Assembly: GCA_018822365.1 (NCBI GenBank)
Contig: JAHJKL010000070.1
Coordinates: 1,941-65,940 of the forward strand
Source of the DNA: Candidatus Margulisiibacteriota bacterium
GTDB taxonomy: Bacteria > Margulisbacteria > WOR-1 > O2-12-FULL-45-9 > XYB2-FULL-48-7
Direction of reading: 5' to 3'
DNA length: 64,000 bases
Position 1 is the first letter of the stretch. Each line of letters begins with the position of its first letter. Shown here piece by piece: positions 17,754-26,163 of this stretch. Under the pieces are notes generated by a model. It searched no databases, had not been told where the DNA came from, and worked only from the letters and a program-made list of their open reading frames with translations. Made by a program: the position numbers and the translations under genes.

Positions 17754-18593
17754 TTATTTCGTGCCGTATTTGGTTAGATAAACCGCTCCCAAGCCACATA
17801 GTGTGGCAAAGAATTTTACAAAAAACCCAACTATTGGGACCAGTCCGACCAGGAAAAGAATGGTGACCCCGGTCAGGGTTTCAACCATCATTGGTTTATT
17901 GTAGATTTTAAACGCGTTTAATGTTTTCTTCCCTAATAGATGGGCTATCCCAAAGTAACCAAAGAAAGCGGCCAAGCCGACCAGCAAGACCCAAAGAGGA
18001 ATGATCATGATCCCGATCAGACTTATCATTAATATAAATATAACCGGCAAAAAGAGAAGGAAAACAAGGGTCCCGATCAGGAAAGAGCGCAAAAGGTTGG
18101 TCTCGACCATGCCGGAAACCTTGCCAAGCGGTTCGATAAACAGAACAACCATGATCATTGCCAAGACAATAAAACCAATAAAGGTCAGCAGCTTAAAGAA
18201 GAACAGCCCCTTAGCCATCCCGCCGTTGGTAAAGAAGACCATCGCCTGACCAAGCCCCGGAGCGGCCACTTCAACCACGCTCCCTTTAACGACTGCCCCA
18301 GGCTCCTTGATCAGCATCCCACCAACAGCAACCGCGTCTCCCTCAACTTTGGCGCTTTCCTTTAATAAAACATTTCCTCCAACAGAGACGGCCGATCCGG
18401 TGACCTTGCCAAAAACGGTGACATTGCCGCCAATCGAAACCGCGTCCTGGACCTCTGCCCCGATCGGCACAACTACTCCATCGCCAACCTTAACCAAAGA
18501 TGAATCAGCGCTTACAAGTTCTTTAATAACAGCAAAAGCAGAAGTAGAAATTAGAATAACAACCAGCAGAGCCAAAATCCTCGTTTTCATCAA
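17754..18593 (-). CDS. Membrane protein with exported beta-helix repeat (bactofilin/DUF583-like 'GxVxVxG') domain
   Basis: A signal peptide is followed by repeats 'VSIGGNVTVFGKVTGSAVSVGGNVLLKESAKVEGDAVAVGG', then 4-5 hydrophobic TM segments. It is monocistronic and has its own terminator. Confidence 0.5.
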   Translation of the reverse strand: MMKTRILALLVVILISTSAFAVIKELVSADSSLVKVGDGVVVPIGAEVQDAVSIGGNVTVFGKVTGSAVSVGGNVLLKESAKVEGDAVAVGGMLIKEPGAVVKGSVVEVAAPGLGQAMVFFTNGGMAKGLFFFKLLTFIGFIVLAMIMVVLFIEPLGKVSGMVETNLLRSFLIGTLVFLLFLPVIFILMISLIGIMIIPLWVLLVGLAAFFGYFGIAHLLGKKTLNAFKIYNKPMMVETLTGVTILFLVGLVPIVGFFVKFFATLCGLGAVYLTKYGTK

Positions 18594-18820
18594 ACACCCT
18601 CCTTGGGCAAATTGGGATTTTCCGAGTAAATTATAGGCTCGGTACCATAAAAAGTCAACCTCGCCTGGTTTTGCGTCTGCAGAGAGAATATTTAATAATC
18701 CTCTCTCTTAGCCACGACCAGCGGAGCCAGGTTTTAAGTTCCCTGGCGCTCATCGTAATTTCTCTAACTTGATTGACCGGCAACTGATAAACCACTTTAT
18801 ACATATATTTTCCCTTCCTA

Positions 18821-20347
18821 CTACTTATGACTTTTTCTATCGAGCGCCCGATACTGGGTCGCTTCCGCCACATGTTCGGCTAAGATCTCTGTTTCCCCTT
18901 GCAGATCGGCGATCGTTCTGGAAACTTTTAACACCCGATCATAAGAACGGGCGCTTAAACCAAGATGCACAACCGCCGCTTTTAACAGGTTTTCCGCTTC
19001 CTTCCCCAGTCGGCAATATTCCCGGAGCTGTTTTGAAGTCATTCGGGAATTGCAAAAAGTCTTGCTCCCGCTAAAACGCTCTTTTTGCTTTTTCCGGGCG
19101 GCCACAACCCTCTCTCTAATATTTATCGAAGGTTCGCCATCCGGCTGAGCGGTTAATTCTTCGCGGTTCAATCTGGGGATCTCAACCTGCAGGTCGATCC
19201 GGTCCAGAAGAGGACCAGACAATTTAGCCCAGTAATTCTGAGCTTTTAACGGGGAACAGACACATGGCCTGACCGGGTCAAGATAGTTGCCGCAGGGACA
19301 GGGATTCATCGCCGCTACCAGCATAAATTCGGCCGGATAGGTCAGTGTGGCTTGCGCCCGCGAGATGGTTACTTTCCCATCTTCCAGCGGTTGGCGCAAA
19401 ACTTCTAAAACCCGCCGGTCAAACTCCGGAAACTCGTCAAGAAAAAGAACCCCCAAATGCGAAAGAGAGACCTCTCCCGGCTTTGGAATGCGGCCCCCTC
19501 CAATTATCCCAACATCGGAAGTAGTATGATGCGGCGAGCGAAAGGGGCGCCGCTTCACTAGCGGCGTTTTACTGTCGAGCAGGCCGGCAACCGAATAGAG
19601 GGTCGCGACTTCCAGCGCTTCTTCAATAGAAAGGGGAGGAAGTATCCCGGGGAGCCTCCGGGCTAGCATCGTTTTGCCAGAGCCGGGAGAACCGACCAGC
19701 AAAATGTTGTGTCCACCGGCCGCCGCTACCTCAAGGGCTCTTTTGCCATGCCCCTGCCCTTTGATATCGTTAAAGTCGAGCTCGCTTTCGATCGCTCCTT
19801 CCAACAGTTTCGCACTATCAATTATATGCGGAGAAAGGATGCTTTCTCCGTTAATATGTTCGATCGCCTGGCGCAGAGTTCCAACCCCAATTACCTCCAG
19901 CCCTTCCACTAGCGCCGCTTCTTCCGCGTTCTCCATTGAGACCAGGATCTTCTTCCGTCCCTCTTTTCTCGCCGCCAGACAGACCGGCAGAATGCCGTTG
20001 ATCCGACGGACCGTGCCGTCGAGCGAGAGCTCTCCCAGGACAACTTCGTGCAACTCCCCTTTGACCGTCCCGGCCTGAGCCAGCATCCCGAGCGCGATCG
20101 GCAAATCGTACATTGGCCCTTCTTTCCTGATATCGGCCGGGGCGAGATTGATCGTAAAATATCCCGGCGGAAATTCGTAGCCGCAGTTCAAGATCGCCGA
20201 ACGGACCCGATCGCGGGACTCACGGACCGAGGCGTCCGGCAAGCCAACAATGGTTTGGCCTGGAAGCCCTTTCTGCGAATTTATCTCTACTTCTACAAAG
20301 ATCGCCTCAAGCCCATTAACCGCCGCAGAAACAACTTTGGTCAACAT
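18821..20347 (-). CDS. yifB: YifB/ComM family Mg-chelatase-like AAA+ ATPase
   Basis: The N-terminus 'AVNGLEAIFVEVEINSQKGLPGQTIVGLPDASVRESRDRV' is followed by Walker A GSPGSGKT and C-terminal ComM motifs. Confidence 0.85.
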   Translation of the reverse strand: MLTKVVSAAVNGLEAIFVEVEINSQKGLPGQTIVGLPDASVRESRDRVRSAILNCGYEFPPGYFTINLAPADIRKEGPMYDLPIALGMLAQAGTVKGELHEVVLGELSLDGTVRRINGILPVCLAARKEGRKKILVSMENAEEAALVEGLEVIGVGTLRQAIEHINGESILSPHIIDSAKLLEGAIESELDFNDIKGQGHGKRALEVAAAGGHNILLVGSPGSGKTMLARRLPGILPPLSIEEALEVATLYSVAGLLDSKTPLVKRRPFRSPHHTTSDVGIIGGGRIPKPGEVSLSHLGVLFLDEFPEFDRRVLEVLRQPLEDGKVTISRAQATLTYPAEFMLVAAMNPCPCGNYLDPVRPCVCSPLKAQNYWAKLSGPLLDRIDLQVEIPRLNREELTAQPDGEPSINIRERVVAARKKQKERFSGSKTFCNSRMTSKQLREYCRLGKEAENLLKAAVVHLGLSARSYDRVLKVSRTIADLQGETEILAEHVAEATQYRALDRKSHK

Positions 20348-20715
20348 CCGGTCACCTCAAACGCATTTTCATATTGCTCAATGACCGGCTCTTCCCCAGT
20401 ACGGCGAATTATCGTCAAAACGTCAAAACGACAGTTGGTCTCTTTGATCTTATTAATATAGAGGTAATAGCGGGCGGTTCGAATGAGGTTCTCTTTTTTA
20501 TTTTTGCTGATCGCCGCCGCCGGGTGGCGCAAGTTTTTGTAGGAATAATTTTTTACTTCGACAAATACCAGCAGGGAATCGCGGCGGACTACAATATCAA
20601 TCTCTCCCTGGTGGGAACGGAAGTTTTTCGCCAGGATTTCATACCCCTGGTTCATATAATATTCTTCTGCTATCGACTCTCCATTCACCCCAAGTAAATA
20701 ACTAGCCATTGTCAT
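20341..20715 (-). CDS. yraN: YraN family (UPF0102) endonuclease
   Basis: 'GESIAEEYYMNQGYEILAKNFRSHQGEIDIVV...LVFVEVK' matches UPF0102. It is adjacent to yifB, as is conserved. Confidence 0.75.
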   Translation of the reverse strand: MTMASYLLGVNGESIAEEYYMNQGYEILAKNFRSHQGEIDIVVRRDSLLVFVEVKNYSYKNLRHPAAAISKNKKENLIRTARYYLYINKIKETNCRFDVLTIIRRTGEEPVIEQYENAFEVTGC

Positions 20716-20792
20716 GCGGCCTAACCAGCAATTTTATTGCCAAAAAAATCCCCCCATCTTCTATGGCTGATCTAGATGATGAGGGGATGCGG

Positions 20793-21065
20793 TTAATTTA
20801 CTGCATCGTAAAGATGCTGGCCCATGGAGAATCGGATGACATTGCGAGCCGGGATGGTCAGTTTTTTCCCGGTTTGCGGATTTCGTCCGGGGCGAGCTTT
20901 GCGGCGAAGCTTCTTCCAAGTTCCGAAACCGACGAGGCGAACATTCTGCCCTTTCTTCAGCGACCCTTCGATCGCGGTAAAAGTAGTATCAAGGATGTTC
21001 ATTATCTTGGCTTTCGGCATTTTTGTTTGTTTGGAAACAAAAGCACAGAGATCTTGTTTATTCAT
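20793..21065 (-). CDS. hup: HU family DNA-binding protein
   Basis: It is 90 aa, starting 'MNKQDLCAFVS...GFGTWKKLRRKARPGRNPQTGKKLTIPARNVIRFSMG', which matches the HU/IHF fold signature. Confidence 0.85.
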   Translation of the reverse strand: MNKQDLCAFVSKQTKMPKAKIMNILDTTFTAIEGSLKKGQNVRLVGFGTWKKLRRKARPGRNPQTGKKLTIPARNVIRFSMGQHLYDAVN

Positions 21066-21125
21066 TCACTTCACCTCCTCTCTTCGTTGATTGACACGGA
21101 TTATATCAACGTCCTCGTTTGTATG

Positions 21126-21740
21126 TCAAGCAGAACATAGGGTTTTGGCAACCGGGCTGAATGATCGTCTGTGGATCGGGCAAGGGCCCCATTGTTTGAG
21201 GAGCAGAAGATGCTCCCTGGTCCCGTACCCTTTGTGGGCAAAAAAGTTGTACTCCGGGTATTTCTCGTGATATTTTCCCATCAAGCGGTCGCGGGTCACC
21301 TTGGCAAGGATCGAGGCGGCGGCGATCGACGGGCTCTTGGCATCCCCGCCATTTATCCCCCGGGCCGGAACATTGCTTTTAATTCGGTATCGTTCCCCAT
21401 CGATCAACAAATAATCCGGCCTGACCGCAAGCTTCCGCACCGCTCTCTCCATTGCCAGGAAGTTCGCCCTGCCAATATTGATCCGGTCGATCTCCAGGTG
21501 GCTAATGGTCGAGATCCCGACACTGATCGCACATTTGCTGATCTCCTTAAAAAGCTTTTCCCTCTGGCGTGCGGTCAATTGTTTTGAATCGTTAAGTCCG
21601 GGGAGAAAATATTTATTTGGCAGGATAACCGCGGCCGCGACCAGCGGCCCTGCCAGCGGGCCTCGTCCCGCTTCGTCAACTCCCGCAATTAGTTTAAAGC
21701 CTTGGCGGGCAAGACGGTTTTCGTAAACTGCGGAAAGCAT
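21126..21740 (-). CDS. rnhB: Ribonuclease HII
   Basis: The motifs 'GVDEAGRGPLAGPLVAAAVIL' and 'DSKQLTARQRE' are present. Confidence 0.85.
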   Translation of the reverse strand: MLSAVYENRLARQGFKLIAGVDEAGRGPLAGPLVAAAVILPNKYFLPGLNDSKQLTARQREKLFKEISKCAISVGISTISHLEIDRINIGRANFLAMERAVRKLAVRPDYLLIDGERYRIKSNVPARGINGGDAKSPSIAAASILAKVTRDRLMGKYHEKYPEYNFFAHKGYGTREHLLLLKQWGPCPIHRRSFSPVAKTLCSA

Positions 21741-21743
21741 TGA

Positions 21744-22310
21744 TTATAGAATTAAGCCGATTTTATTAAGGGGCCAGATCAGGCAGATCGCCTGGCCGAT
21801 CAGGTTCTTCATCGGCAGGAATTTCAGCGTTCCGGATGAGTCTTTCCAGTAGCGGCTGTCAAACGAGGCCGCCCGGTTATCTCCCATAACAAAGCAATGT
21901 TCCTGGGGTATGTTGACCGGCCCGAAATTAGCAAAATCCTCATTCTTGGGATGCTTTTCGGCTACCGGCTGGTCATTGATATAAATGACCCCATTTTTGA
22001 TCTGCAGTTTTTCTCCCGGCAGACCAACCAGCCGTTTGATCAGGTCCTTTTTTCCGGGGCCGACTTCCGGTGTCTGCCGGAAAACTACCACCTCAAAACG
22101 GCGGGGTTGGCGAAAATGGTAAATAACTTTGTTGACAACGATCCGGTCGCCAATATCAAGGCTTGGGACCATCGATTCGGAAGGGATCCAAAATACTTGA
22201 AGAAAAAAGGCCCTGATAACCAGGGCCAATAAAAGCGCTACTACTATCGTTTCTAGCCAGTCAAACGCCCAGTGATTAAGCCTGGGCACTTTCCGCGACT
22301 CCTTCTTCAA
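21744..22310 (-). CDS. lepB: Signal peptidase I
   Basis: There is an N-terminal TM segment, the 'IPSESMVPSL' catalytic-Ser box and a 'GDNRAASFDSRYW' box. Confidence 0.8.
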   Translation of the reverse strand: MKKESRKVPRLNHWAFDWLETIVVALLLALVIRAFFLQVFWIPSESMVPSLDIGDRIVVNKVIYHFRQPRRFEVVVFRQTPEVGPGKKDLIKRLVGLPGEKLQIKNGVIYINDQPVAEKHPKNEDFANFGPVNIPQEHCFVMGDNRAASFDSRYWKDSSGTLKFLPMKNLIGQAICLIWPLNKIGLIL

Positions 22311-22635
22311 CCCTGATGGCGCGGCTTCCGATCCTCTTTCTTAAATAGTAAAGCTTCGCCCGGCGGGTCTTCCCGATCCTAACCAGGTCGACATGGTCGA
22401 TCTTTGGTGAATTGATCGGAAAGGTCCTCTCTACGCCGACACCCTGAACGATCCTGCGGACAGTAAAGTTCTTTCTGGCGCCGACACCGGAAAGCTTGAG
22501 GACGATCCCTTCAAACCCCTGAACCCGTTCTTTTCCGCCTTCGATGATCTTGGAGAAAACCTTGACGGTGTCCCCCACTTTGAAATTCTGGATTTTCCTT
22601 ATTGTGCCGTTCTCAATTTCCTGGATCACTGACAT
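22276..22635 (-). CDS. rplS: 50S ribosomal protein L19
   Basis: 'FKVGDTVKV...ERVQGFEGIVLK...GARKNFTVRRI' matches L19. Confidence 0.85.
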   Translation of the reverse strand: MSVIQEIENGTIRKIQNFKVGDTVKVFSKIIEGGKERVQGFEGIVLKLSGVGARKNFTVRRIVQGVGVERTFPINSPKIDHVDLVRIGKTRRAKLYYLRKRIGSRAIRVEEGVAESAQA

Positions 22636-22664
22636 GACATTGCTCCTTTTTCTCCGGCTGCCGG

Positions 22665-23219
22665 CTACGCGCCAAGCAACCTGTCTAATATTATAGCAAC
22701 CGCGGACCGAACTGACAAATGATTGTACTCGGTCGGTCCAACGATTGGGTCAAGAACTTCATCTACCCTGTCAAACACTTCGTCCGCCATCCCCCAGCCT
22801 GTCCCAAATAAAAGCAAATAAACATCGTCTTTTTCTTTCAATGCCCTGCGGAGCGCCTCAAATTTTATTGTCCCTCGCGGTTTGGCCGAGGTCGCTATGA
22901 CTTTTGGCTTGCGTCCCTCGCTCTTCGTCACTTCGTCTATCGCTTCGTCCAGGGTCGCCTTTATGGAGATCAGCTTAAAAGCTTCTGCCCTGGTCCAGTT
23001 GAACTCCTGACTTCCCTCGTCCATCCAAAACTCAAATATTCTCTGGGCAAAACTTCTTTGCGTCGGCAAAGGATTGACCACAAAATATTTTTTCACACCG
23101 AACGTCACGGCCGACCTGGCGATATCGTGCAGATCAAACCCGGTGATACAGGTCGTTACGATCTCTCGCTTTTTGTTGTAGATCGGATGATGCAGCAAAG
23201 CCAAATACAATTTGCTCAT
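22665..23219 (-). CDS. TM1570-like SPOUT-fold putative RNA methyltransferase (uncharacterised)
   Basis: It sits between trmD and rplS, as TM1570 does in Thermotoga. The C-terminus 'LLLFGTGWGMADEVF' resembles a SPOUT AdoMet-binding knot region. The assignment is tentative. Confidence 0.35.
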   Translation of the reverse strand: MSKLYLALLHHPIYNKKREIVTTCITGFDLHDIARSAVTFGVKKYFVVNPLPTQRSFAQRIFEFWMDEGSQEFNWTRAEAFKLISIKATLDEAIDEVTKSEGRKPKVIATSAKPRGTIKFEALRRALKEKDDVYLLLFGTGWGMADEVFDRVDEVLDPIVGPTEYNHLSVRSAVAIILDRLLGA

Positions 23220-23947
23220 TGGCCTTCTTCCCTGAACAGTTCGGTCATTAACGCCCTGTCGCCCTCGTTAAACTCGATCTCGGCCAACAGATCGGGACGC
23301 TGGAACAAGGTTTTCTGCAGGGCAGCCTTTTTACGCCATCGTTTGATCTGCGCATGATGCCCGGAAAGCAATACTTCAGGGACCTTTGCCCCCTCAAACG
23401 TTTCCGGCTTGGTGAAGCTGGGAAAATCAAGCCATCCGGCAAAGAACGAATCACCTTCAACAGAAGAAACTTCCTTCACTACGCCGGGAATTTGCCTGGC
23501 AACCGCGTCGATCACGATCATCGCCGGAAGCTCGCCTCCGGTCACGACAAAGTCGCCGATCGAAACCTTTTCGTCGATCATTGGGGCGACCCGCTCGTCG
23601 ATCCCTTCATAATGGCCACAGACAAAGACCAACTGTTCAAACCTGGCAAGTTGATTAACCTTTGCCTGGGTCAGTTTTTCCCCGGTCGGGCAAAGCAAGA
23701 TCACCTTTTTATTTGCTTCCATTTTCAAAGATCTTATGGCCTGCGCCACAATATCAGCTTTCATGACCATCCCAGGCCCGCCGCCGTAAGGAGTGTCATC
23801 GGCTGTTTTATGCTTGTCGAGGGCAAAGTCGCGGATATTGATAACCCGTAAATTCAAAAGGCCCTTTTCCCGGGCCTTTTGGATCAGACTTTCACTCATC
23901 GGTCCCTGAAACATTTCAGGGAAAAGAGTTAATACGTCAACGCGCAT
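23216..23947 (-). CDS. trmD: tRNA (guanine37-N1)-methyltransferase
   Basis: 'MRVDVLTLFPEMF...' is the TrmD N-terminus, followed by 'YGGGPGMVMKADIV'. Confidence 0.85.
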   Translation of the reverse strand: MRVDVLTLFPEMFQGPMSESLIQKAREKGLLNLRVINIRDFALDKHKTADDTPYGGGPGMVMKADIVAQAIRSLKMEANKKVILLCPTGEKLTQAKVNQLARFEQLVFVCGHYEGIDERVAPMIDEKVSIGDFVVTGGELPAMIVIDAVARQIPGVVKEVSSVEGDSFFAGWLDFPSFTKPETFEGAKVPEVLLSGHHAQIKRWRKKAALQKTLFQRPDLLAEIEFNEGDRALMTELFREEGQ

Positions 23948-24367
23948 TTAAGCGCCGCGGATCTCCTGGACGATCCCGTCTTTAACGAGGATCTCAGCTC
24001 CGCCAACCTTCTTATAGAGATTGTCGCCAATGCCAACCGAAACCGGCCCTTCCAATGGGCCCTGAACAAATTCAGAGCCGATCTGCAGGCGCTTGGCTTC
24101 TTCGATCTTCATCGTCAGGTCGGACTTTGAAGCCGCCTGACGGTTCCGTTCTTCATCAAGCTGATGTTTGAAAGCGGCCGCTTTCTGCATCAACCCTTTT
24201 TTCTTCAGGTCTTCTAAATAATTTTTGCTCTGGCTTTCCATCTGCCCCAACTGGCCGTCCAGATTGGCGATCGCTCTTTCTAATTCCTTGATCAAGTTCT
24301 GCTTGAAAGCTTCGGTCACGATCGCTTTTACCATAACTACTCTTTTTAATTCTATTGCGCCTGACAT
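23948..24367 (-). CDS. YlqD-like coiled-coil protein of the rpsP operon
   Basis: It is a 139-aa coiled-coil protein in the position that ylqD occupies in the Firmicute-type rpsP-KH-ylqD-(rimM)-trmD-rplS arrangement. It is not RimM, because the PRC-barrel motifs are absent. Confidence 0.35.
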   Translation of the reverse strand: MSGAIELKRVVMVKAIVTEAFKQNLIKELERAIANLDGQLGQMESQSKNYLEDLKKKGLMQKAAAFKHQLDEERNRQAASKSDLTMKIEEAKRLQIGSEFVQGPLEGPVSVGIGDNLYKKVGGAEILVKDGIVQEIRGA

Positions 24368-24368
24368 A

Positions 24369-24623
24369 TTAAATTCCTCCCCGCTGTTTGTCTTCGGTAA
24401 TTATTTCAACGTTAACCTTTTTTTGCTGTTTAGCCGCCGCCGCTTTGACGATCGTCCTGATCGCGTTGGCGATCCGGCCTTCGCGGCCGATCACTTTCCC
24501 CGAATCTTCCGGCGCGGTCTTGACTTCGATCACATTAAGAGTGGCGCCATCGATCTCTTTAACATCAACCTGTTCCGGCTTGTCTACTAGAAATTTAGTG
24601 ATGTATTCAACCAGCTCTTTCAT
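24369..24623 (-). CDS. KH-domain RNA-binding protein (YlqC/UPF0109)
   Basis: It is 84 aa and contains the KH GXXG loop 'VIGREGRIANAIRTI'. Confidence 0.75.
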   Translation of the reverse strand: MKELVEYITKFLVDKPEQVDVKEIDGATLNVIEVKTAPEDSGKVIGREGRIANAIRTIVKAAAAKQQKKVNVEIITEDKQRGGI

Positions 24624-24626
24624 TGA

Positions 24627-24992
24627 CTAGCCTCCTTGGGCTTTTTCTTCGGCCGCAGGGGGTTTCACCGGCGCGGCAGCCGGTGCCGCAGCTTCTGCCG
24701 GAGTTTCCTGCTTTGATTTACGTTTTGGCAGGCTGGCCAGATCGATCGGCGGCATCACGCCCGCCTTGCCGAGTAAGATCCTGACTTTTTCTGTTGGCTG
24801 GGCCCCTTTTTTCAGCCATTCCTTTATCTGTTCATCTTTTAAATTAAAAAGCGGGGTCTCGATCCCGGGCTGATAATTGCCCAAAACACAGATAACGGCG
24901 CTCGCCGGCGAACGACTTTCGTCTTGCACGACCAACCGGTATACCGGTCTGTTTTTGGTCCCAACTCTCTGTAGCTTAATTTTTGCTGCCAT
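24627..24992 (-). CDS. rpsP: 30S ribosomal protein S16
   Basis: The N-terminus is 'MAAKIKLQRVGTKNRPVYRLVV'. Confidence 0.85.
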   Translation of the reverse strand: MAAKIKLQRVGTKNRPVYRLVVQDESRSPASAVICVLGNYQPGIETPLFNLKDEQIKEWLKKGAQPTEKVRILLGKAGVMPPIDLASLPKRKSKQETPAEAAAPAAAPVKPPAAEEKAQGG

Positions 24993-25045
24993 GTTTTAAC
25001 CTCATTCTAAAAATATTCAGCTTGTCTGACGCAAAGCCTTTGTTA

Positions 25046-26089
25046 TTATAGCATAGAGAGGCGTTTTTTGTAAGAGGAAAAATTGTCTCTGATCTCTTCC
25101 AGGCTGTCTCCGCCAAATTTTTCCAGAAAAGCATTGGCAATTTCCAGCGCGACCACCGCCTCTCCAACCACCCCCGCAGCCTCCACCGCACTGACATCTG
25201 ATCTTTCCACATGAGCCTTGGTTGGTTTTTTTGTTGTTAGATCAACGGAATTCAACGGATTAAGCAGGGTTGAGATCGGCTTCATGGCGGCCTTCAAAAC
25301 GATCGCCTCACCGTTGGTAACCCCACCTTCTAACCCTCCTGCATGGTTGGTTTTATGATAAAAGCCCCGATCCTGGTCATGGAATATTTCATCATGGACC
25401 TTTGATCCATGTAAAGAGGCGGCGGCAAAGCCAAGCCCGATCTCGACCCCTTTAATGGCCGGGATCGCCATAACCGCCTGAGCCAATTTTCCATCCAAAC
25501 GCCGATCCCATTGCGTGTAGCTTCCTAACCCGGCAGGAAGACCAGAAGCAACGACCTCAAATATCCCGCCTAAGGTATCCCCCTCTTCCCGGGCCTTGTC
25601 GATCGCCGAGTCAATTGCTGCTTTCCCTTCTACTCCCCCCTCTTGAACAACCCGGCTGTTTATTTCAATGGCAAATTCCCCCAACAATTTTTTGGCAATT
25701 GCTCCGGCCGCCACCCGACCGGCCGTCTCCCTGGCGGAAGCCCGCTCTAAAACATTGCGGATATCTTTTTGGCTGTATTTGATCGCCCCAGCCAGGTCGG
25801 CATGACCCGGGCGTATCCTGGAGATCGGCTGACCAAAAAACTCGGTACTCTTGTTCTTTATTAGTAAAGAGATCGGACTCCCAATGGTCAGTCCCTGCCT
25901 CACGCCGGATAATAATTCAGCAATATCCTGTTCGATCTTCATCCGTGCGCCGCGGCCCGCTCCGCCTTGCCTGCGCGCCAGATCTTTGGCCAGGTCATCG
26001 GCCGATAAAGGCAAATTTGCCGGACACCCGTCTAAAATAACGGTTAAGGCCGGGCCATGAGATTCTCCAGCAGTCAAATAACGCAACAT
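25046..26089 (-). CDS. aroC: Chorismate synthase
   Basis: The N-terminus is '[25 protein letters not shown]', with canonical motifs throughout. Confidence 0.9.
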   Translation of the reverse strand: MLRYLTAGESHGPALTVILDGCPANLPLSADDLAKDLARRQGGAGRGARMKIEQDIAELLSGVRQGLTIGSPISLLIKNKSTEFFGQPISRIRPGHADLAGAIKYSQKDIRNVLERASARETAGRVAAGAIAKKLLGEFAIEINSRVVQEGGVEGKAAIDSAIDKAREEGDTLGGIFEVVASGLPAGLGSYTQWDRRLDGKLAQAVMAIPAIKGVEIGLGFAAASLHGSKVHDEIFHDQDRGFYHKTNHAGGLEGGVTNGEAIVLKAAMKPISTLLNPLNSVDLTTKKPTKAHVERSDVSAVEAAGVVGEAVVALEIANAFLEKFGGDSLEEIRDNFSSYKKRLSML

Positions 26090-26115
26090 GCTTATGATTA
26101 TATCATGCTGTTTTA

Positions 26116-26147
26116 TAATTGAATATATTCAATTAATGTTGTACTAT
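26116..26147. promoter_or_regulatory. 20-bp perfect palindrome overlapping a sigma70-like promoter (candidate operator)
   Basis: TAATTGAATATATTCAATTA (26116-26135) lies in the aroC/PAS divergent intergenic region. Within it sit -35 TTGAAT (26119-26124) and, 17 nt on, -10 TACTAT (26142-26147) reading toward the PAS-ilv operon. An aroC-side TATAAT (minus, plus coordinates 26097-26102) lies 7 nt from the aroC ATG. Confidence 0.4.
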
Positions 26148-26163
26148 TTGGCTGGTCATAGTA

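Noticed and set aside
18655-18873. 72-aa basic ORF overlapping the 3' end of yifB
   Set aside because: It overlaps a well-supported gene on the same strand in another frame, has no RBS and has low-complexity basic composition.
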